Part shown: in pieces, positions 45,410 through 50,462 of the stretch
How positions within the stretch are numbered: position 1 is the first letter of the stretch
Layout: each line of letters opens with the position of its first letter
Source of the DNA: Gemmatimonadaceae bacterium
GTDB lineage: Bacteria; Gemmatimonadota; Gemmatimonadetes; Gemmatimonadales; Gemmatimonadaceae
NCBI GenBank assembly: GCA_044224875.1
Contig: JBGAJQ010000038.1
Location: 1 to 50,462, forward strand
DNA length: 50,462 bases
Direction: 5' to 3'
The notes under the pieces: generated by a model
What the model was told of the DNA's origin: nothing
Seen by the model: the letters and a program-made list of their open reading frames with translations, nothing else
Databases searched by the model: none
Translations under genes and position numbers: made by a program

Positions 45410-48400
45410 ATGCCCAATTCAACCGACTGCGTTGAAGCCGTCGAGAAGCAAACCCTGACCGTGACTCGTCCAGAGGACGAATCCCTTCGGGCGCTGATCG
45501 ACCGCGGGCAGGACTACGAGCGACGTGGCCAACGACCGGCAGCGCGCGAGGCTTACCTTCTGGCGCTGTCCCTCGCGGAAGCGGGCGACTCGGCGAAGCA
45601 GGTGTCGATCCTGCGGTGGATCGCCCGCACGCACCAAGTGGACGCCGAATACGAGCAGGCGCTCGATGTGCTGACGCGCGCCGAGAACGTGGCGATGGAG
45701 CGCGGCGATCGCCACGGCCTGGGCCACTGCCTCAACTTGCGGGCGATCGTCAGCTGGCAGCGTGGTGACCTGGACGAGGCAACGCGACAGTACAACGCGG
45801 CTCTGGACGTGGCCCGAGAGGTTGGCGATTCGCACCTGGCGGCCGTTACGGCGCAAAACCTCGGGGTGGTAGCCAGCGCGCGCGGCGATTTCGAGCAGGC
45901 GCTGCATTACTACCGCGCGAGTATCGCCGCGTACCGCACGCTCGGCATACCGCGCGACATCTACATTGCGCAGAACAACCTTGGACGGTTGTACCTGGAC
46001 AAGGGCGACTGGGAAGAGGCTGAGCTGGCTTTCCGCGAGGCGTTTGACCTGGCGCAGTCTGTCGGCGATAGCAGTGTCTGCACCATGATCGAGGTGAACA
46101 TCGCCGAGATGTGGGTGCGACGCGGTGAGCTGGACAAGGCCCGCGAGACGTGCGACCGCGCGATGTCCCGAGCAGCCACGGACGGCGACTCGTATGCCGA
46201 CGCGGAGGCCAACAAGACCTATGGCGTCATCGCACTTGCGCGAGGCGATCGAGAGGGTGCCGAGCGGCATTTTGAGCTGGCGGATGCCATCGCCGCCAAG
46301 CGAGAAGACCTGCTGCTTCGCGCCCAGATTGCCCGGGAACGGGTGGAGCTGTACCGGGGCCAAGGGCGCAATCGCGAACTCCTTCAGGCCCTGAACGGTG
46401 CGCACAAGCTGTTCAACCAGTTGCGGGCGCGCCAGGCGGTGGCCGAGGTAGCGGCGCAAACGGAGCGTCTCGAACGCGACGTGCTGGACGTCGTACGTCG
46501 CTGGGGTGAGTCGATCGAAGAAAAGGACCAGTACACGCAGGGTCACTGCGAGCGCGTCGCCGACCTGGCTTGTGCGTTGGCGCGTCGGGCTGGGCTCGAC
46601 GACAAGGTGTTGTTCTGGTTCCGTGTTGGCGCGCTATTGCACGACGTCGGCAAGATCGTGATCTCGCCAGAGATCCTGAACAAGCCCGGGAAGCTGACGG
46701 CCGACGAGTGGGCGGTGATGAAGGTGCATCCAGGTGCTGGCGCCGACATCTTGAAGGACATCGACTTCCCGTACGACGTCATCCCGATCGTCCGATCGCA
46801 CCATGAGAATTGGGATGGCACGGGATATCCAGACGCGCTGGCGGGTGAACAGATTCCGATGTGGGCGCGCATTGTCTGTCTCGCCGACGTCTACGACGCG
46901 CTGACGTCGGAGCGGAGCTACAAGCGGGCGTTGAACCACGACGAAGCGATCGAGGTGATGCGTCGCGACGTGCGCCGTCAGTTTGACCCCGCACTGTTCC
47001 AGCTCTTCGAGGAGATCAATCGCGAGGCGCCACCACGGCGCGCCGAAGTGGCTGCGGCTCGCTTGGAGCGACATGGCGGCCAGGAAGCGCCGTCGGCGAA
47101 TGACGACCTCACGGGGCTGATGTTGCGACGCGGGTTCCTGGCGCAGGCGCAGGCGGCACTGGCCAACGCCGCCCAAACCGGGCAGCCGTTGTCGCTGGCG
47201 GTGATCGACGTGGATCACTTCAAGCTGGTCAACGACAACTTCGGACACCTGCAAGGGGACGACGTGCTGCGCGCCGTGGCTGGGCAGTTGCGCGACGGGG
47301 TACGGCATACGGACGTCGTTGGGCGGTACGCGGGGGACGAATTTGTTGTCCTGCTCCCCGACACGCCGCTGGAGACGGCGATGCAGCTGACGGACAGACT
47401 CCGCGATGGCGTGGCGTCCACGCGCCTGGCGGTGCGCGAACGCCGGGAAGGGTCGATCGGGGTGACCTTGTCGATCGGCGTCGTGACCACCGTGGACGGA
47501 TCCGGTGACGTCGAATCACTCTTCGCCGCCGCCGACCGCGCCTTGTACGTTGCCAAGCGTCGTGGCCGCAACCAGGTGGCCAGCGCCGACGAGACCGATA
47601 CCGATAGTCACGTCGCCACCCTGCAGTTCGATCGTTTCGTCGGTCGTGTGCGCGAGATCCGCACGCTCCTCGGACAGCTCGAACTCGCCTGCGCCGGCCA
47701 TCCGCGAATCGTGGCCGTGGTTGGCGAGGCCGGCATCGGCAAGACCACGCTTGTCCGTCAGCTCCGACCCGAAGTGCGCCTGCGTGGCGGTGCCATGGTG
47801 TCCGGGCGCTGCCTGGCCAGCGACGTGAAGCCGCCGTATGGCCCGTGGGCAGAAATCCTCGAGGCGATTCACGCCTTGCAGATCGTGCCACCCCGGGACT
47901 GGAAGGAGCTGGCCCGCCTGGTTCCGGCGCTGTCGTCCGTCCCGTCGCCAGAACCCACCGCCTCCAGCAAGTACGCGCTCCTCGCCGAGTTGATTGACTA
48001 CCTGCGGCAGGCCACGGCGGCGGTCCCGCTGACCGTGGTGCTCGACGACGTCCAGTGGGCCGACAGCTCCACCTGGGATGCCATCGAGTATGTTCGCCAC
48101 AACCTGGACCAGGAGCGCCTGCTGATCTGCATGACCCTGCGGTCCGAGGATGCCGGGTCGATCGTCGAACGTCGCCGCCACTTGTCGCGCGATGAGCGGT
48201 TCAGCGACCTGGCGTTGCAGCGCTTTACCGAAGACGAGCTCCGGACCTGGCTGGAGACGATCCTCCACCAAGGGGACATCGATCGCGAGTTCATACGCTT
48301 TGTGCACACCTACACGGAGGGGAACCCGTTGCTGGTGGTGCACGTCCTTCGCTCGCTGCATGAAGACGGAGGCATCTGGTACGCCGGCCGGCGTTGGCAG

Positions 48401-50188
48401 TGGAAGGACACCCCGGAGTTGCGGCTGCCGACGGCCGTCGCGGACCTGATCGGTTCGCGCATCGACCGCATGTCGGACGCCGCTCGGCAACGCCTGGCGG
48501 TCGCCGCCATCGTCGGCCGCGCGTTTGACCTCGACATCGTGATTGCAGCCGGCGAGATGTCCGAAGACGAACTGCTGGACGCCTTGGATGAGGGCATCGC
48601 TGCACACGTCGTGGAAGCGATCGGAGGCAAGGACTCGGACCGCTACGCGTTCTCTCACGGACTCATCGCCGACACCATCCGTCGGACCGTGAACCGCCGC
48701 CGTCTGGCGCGCATGCACGGACAAGTGGCGGAGGCCCTCGAGCAACACCGCCCGAATGCCGTGGCCGAGATCGCCGCGCACCACGACGCCGCGGGCAACA
48801 GCGCCAAGGCCTACGAGTATGCCGTCCGTGCAGCAGAACGCGCGGTCAGCGTCTATGCACACGACGAAGCGGCCGCGTCGTTCGCGATGGCCGAGCGACA
48901 TGCTGGCACCGTGGAGGATCGACTCCACTGCCGGTTCCGCCGCTCACAGGCTTTGGAGCTGTCGGGCGCGTACGAAGCAGCCGAGCAGCTCTGCGACCTC
49001 ATCATCGCCGAACGCGTGTCCCAAGGGGGTCGCGATCCGCTGCTCGCCGTGCGACGAACCCGAGAGCGGCTGCGCAGTCTCCGCGGGCAATCCCTGGAGT
49101 ACTCGGCAGCGGCGGTCGAGCAACTGCTGATCGAGGCCGTGGAGTCGCACGACCAGCGGGAAGAGGTGGAGCTGTTGGGCACCCTCTCGCGAATGCATCT
49201 ACGAAAGGGGAATCCGGTTGAGGCGCGCCGACTGGCCCGCCAAAGTGTGCAGGTCGCCGAGCTGAATAACGACCCTCGCATGTTGGCCAACACCCTGATG
49301 TACCTCGGCACCGCGATCATGGAAACCGAGCCGGCCGAGGCGTTGGAGTGCTACCGACGAGCGTTGGCTACGTTTGAGGCGCTTGGCGACCTGATTGGCC
49401 AGTCGCGTGCACAGATCAACATCGGGATCGGTCAGTCCCGGAACGGCGAGAACCACGAGTCGGCGGTGGCGTACCAAACAGCACTCGACCTTGGACGAAA
49501 GACGCATTCGCCCGACCTCACGGGACTCGCCGCGTTGAATCTGGGTGTGCTGCACATGAAGATGGGGCGCTTTGCGGAGTCCGACGCCTGCTATTCGGAG
49601 GCCATGGAGCGCTTTGCGCTGCTGCACAACGAGCCACACCGTCTCGCCGCGATCTACAACCAGGCAAACCTGGCGAGGGAACTCGACCAGCATGAACGTG
49701 CGTCGCGCCTGTACGGTGACGCTGCTGTGGTCGCAACGGCCATGAACCAGCTTGACGTGGAGCTCGGGGCGCGGGCCGGACAGGGGCTTTCGTTCCTGGC
49801 GTTAGGTCGCGTCGACGATGCACGGGCGTGCCTGCAGTCCTGCGCGGTGCGGATGCGCGATCAACCCAGTTGGTGGTTCCAGGGGCGTGAGCTGCTAGAG
49901 GCGCTCGCCATCCGTGTTCACGTTCACTTGCACGACGCCGTGGCCGCCGAGCGACGATTCCTCGACGGCCTGCGCCTGGCCGAACGCGCGGACCTGTATG
50001 GCGCTGCCTGGCTGGTGGCCGAAGTGGCCGGCTCGCTCGCCGAAGTGGGTGTCCAAGCCGCTTGGGCGCAGGTGGATCGTTATGCGGACTTGGTCAACAC
50101 ACTCGACTTCGCGCCGCTCACGTCACGCTACGCCGACCTGGTGAAACGCGGGATGCCAGCGATGCCTGAGCCGGTCGGGGCACCCTAG
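45410..50188 (+). CDS. TPR - HD-GYP - GGDEF - STAND (AAA_16) ATPase - TPR signalling protein
   Basis: LHDVGK, HHENWDGTGYP, ADVYDAL; DVDHFKLVND, RHTD..RYAGDEF; FVGR, GEAGIGKT, LDDVQWAD; TPR arrays at both ends; start may be GTG 45461. Confidence 0.93.
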   Translation: MPNSTDCVEAVEKQTLTVTRPEDESLRALIDRGQDYERRGQRPAAREAYLLALSLAEAGDSAKQVSILRWIARTHQVDAEYEQALDVLTRAENVAMERGDRHGLGHCLNLRAIVSWQRGDLDEATRQYNAALDVAREVGDSHLAAVTAQNLGVVASARGDFEQALHYYRASIAAYRTLGIPRDIYIAQNNLGRLYLDKGDWEEAELAFREAFDLAQSVGDSSVCTMIEVNIAEMWVRRGELDKARETCDRAMSRAATDGDSYADAEANKTYGVIALARGDREGAERHFELADAIAAKREDLLLRAQIARERVELYRGQGRNRELLQALNGAHKLFNQLRARQAVAEVAAQTERLERDVLDVVRRWGESIEEKDQYTQGHCERVADLACALARRAGLDDKVLFWFRVGALLHDVGKIVISPEILNKPGKLTADEWAVMKVHPGAGADILKDIDFPYDVIPIVRSHHENWDGTGYPDALAGEQIPMWARIVCLADVYDALTSERSYKRALNHDEAIEVMRRDVRRQFDPALFQLFEEINREAPPRRAEVAAARLERHGGQEAPSANDDLTGLMLRRGFLAQAQAALANAAQTGQPLSLAVIDVDHFKLVNDNFGHLQGDDVLRAVAGQLRDGVRHTDVVGRYAGDEFVVLLPDTPLETAMQLTDRLRDGVASTRLAVRERREGSIGVTLSIGVVTTVDGSGDVESLFAAADRALYVAKRRGRNQVASADETDTDSHVATLQFDRFVGRVREIRTLLGQLELACAGHPRIVAVVGEAGIGKTTLVRQLRPEVRLRGGAMVSGRCLASDVKPPYGPWAEILEAIHALQIVPPRDWKELARLVPALSSVPSPEPTASSKYALLAELIDYLRQATAAVPLTVVLDDVQWADSSTWDAIEYVRHNLDQERLLICMTLRSEDAGSIVERRRHLSRDERFSDLALQRFTEDELRTWLETILHQGDIDREFIRFVHTYTEGNPLLVVHVLRSLHEDGGIWYAGRRWQWKDTPELRLPTAVADLIGSRIDRMSDAARQRLAVAAIVGRAFDLDIVIAAGEMSEDELLDALDEGIAAHVVEAIGGKDSDRYAFSHGLIADTIRRTVNRRRLARMHGQVAEALEQHRPNAVAEIAAHHDAAGNSAKAYEYAVRAAERAVSVYAHDEAAASFAMAERHAGTVEDRLHCRFRRSQALELSGAYEAAEQLCDLIIAERVSQGGRDPLLAVRRTRERLRSLRGQSLEYSAAAVEQLLIEAVESHDQREEVELLGTLSRMHLRKGNPVEARRLARQSVQVAELNNDPRMLANTLMYLGTAIMETEPAEALECYRRALATFEALGDLIGQSRAQINIGIGQSRNGENHESAVAYQTALDLGRKTHSPDLTGLAALNLGVLHMKMGRFAESDACYSEAMERFALLHNEPHRLAAIYNQANLARELDQHERASRLYGDAAVVATAMNQLDVELGARAGQGLSFLALGRVDDARACLQSCAVRMRDQPSWWFQGRELLEALAIRVHVHLHDAVAAERRFLDGLRLAERADLYGAAWLVAEVAGSLAEVGVQAAWAQVDRYADLVNTLDFAPLTSRYADLVKRGMPAMPEPVGAP

Positions 50189-50206
50189 GCGGGTCGCGAT
50201 CGCTCG

Positions 50207-50462
50207 TCAGCCGCGCGCAAAGCGACGCCGGGCGTCGAGTACCTTCTGCAACGCGTGATCCGTCGAGTCGCCTAACGCCGAGAGGTGACCCATTTTTCGC
50301 CCCGGGCGCGCCGACGTCTTGCCGTACAGGTGCAGGCGCACATCCGGCACCTCCAACGCTCCAACGACGTCCGGTGACTCACCTTCCCGCCACAGGTCGC
50401 CTAGCAGATTGGCGATGGCCGCAGGGCGCACCACGTCGACGGAACCGAGGGGCAGGCCGCAG
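50207..50462 (-). CDS. purK: N5-carboxyaminoimidazole ribonucleotide synthase, 3' part (5' end outside the window)
   Basis: LPLGS..VVRPAAIANLLG and LHLYGK..ARPGRKMGHL C-terminal signature. Confidence 0.9.
   Translation of the reverse strand, partial: CGLPLGSVDVVRPAAIANLLGDLWREGESPDVVGALEVPDVRLHLYGKTSARPGRKMGHLSALGDSTDHALQKVLDARRRFARG

Noticed and set aside
45410..50188. Avs/NLR-type anti-phage defence protein
   Set aside because: A STAND ATPase and TPRs are present, but the effectors are c-di-GMP enzymes and the neighbours are housekeeping genes; signalling is the simpler reading, though defence is not strictly excluded.
1..50462. CRISPR arrays, tRNA/rRNA, transposases, integrases, prophage genes
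   Set aside because: None recognised on either strand by eye; tRNAscan-SE and Infernal were not run.

Overview
A GC-rich (about 65% by eye) bacterial chromosomal segment of about 38 genes, probably from Gemmatimonadota (inferred from gene content and protein style). Housekeeping genes are moaC, holB, uppS and the 3' end of purK. It also holds a cell-wall cluster (class A beta-lactamase-like hydrolase and two lytic transglycosylases), a peptidase/Dpp-type ABC operon without ATPases, amidohydrolases, glycoside hydrolases (GH172-HEAT, GH127, two VPS10/BNR proteins) and an octaheme cytochrome c with HEAT/TPR repeats. No rRNA, tRNA, CRISPR array or mobile element was seen. Three observations stand out. 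(1) A small lipoprotein with repeated GY motifs lies directly upstream of a 1592-aa TPR/HD-GYP/GGDEF/STAND-ATPase/TPR protein, a candidate peptide-sensing system controlling c-di-GMP. (2) A small basic HTH protein with a histone-H3-like tail is divergent from a SET-domain methyltransferase, with a GNAT nearby. (3) An OsmC-family gene has an in-frame TGA at the conserved Cys position followed by a SECIS-like hairpin, a probable selenoprotein that the ORF track truncates. All family assignments come from motif recognition; no searches were run.
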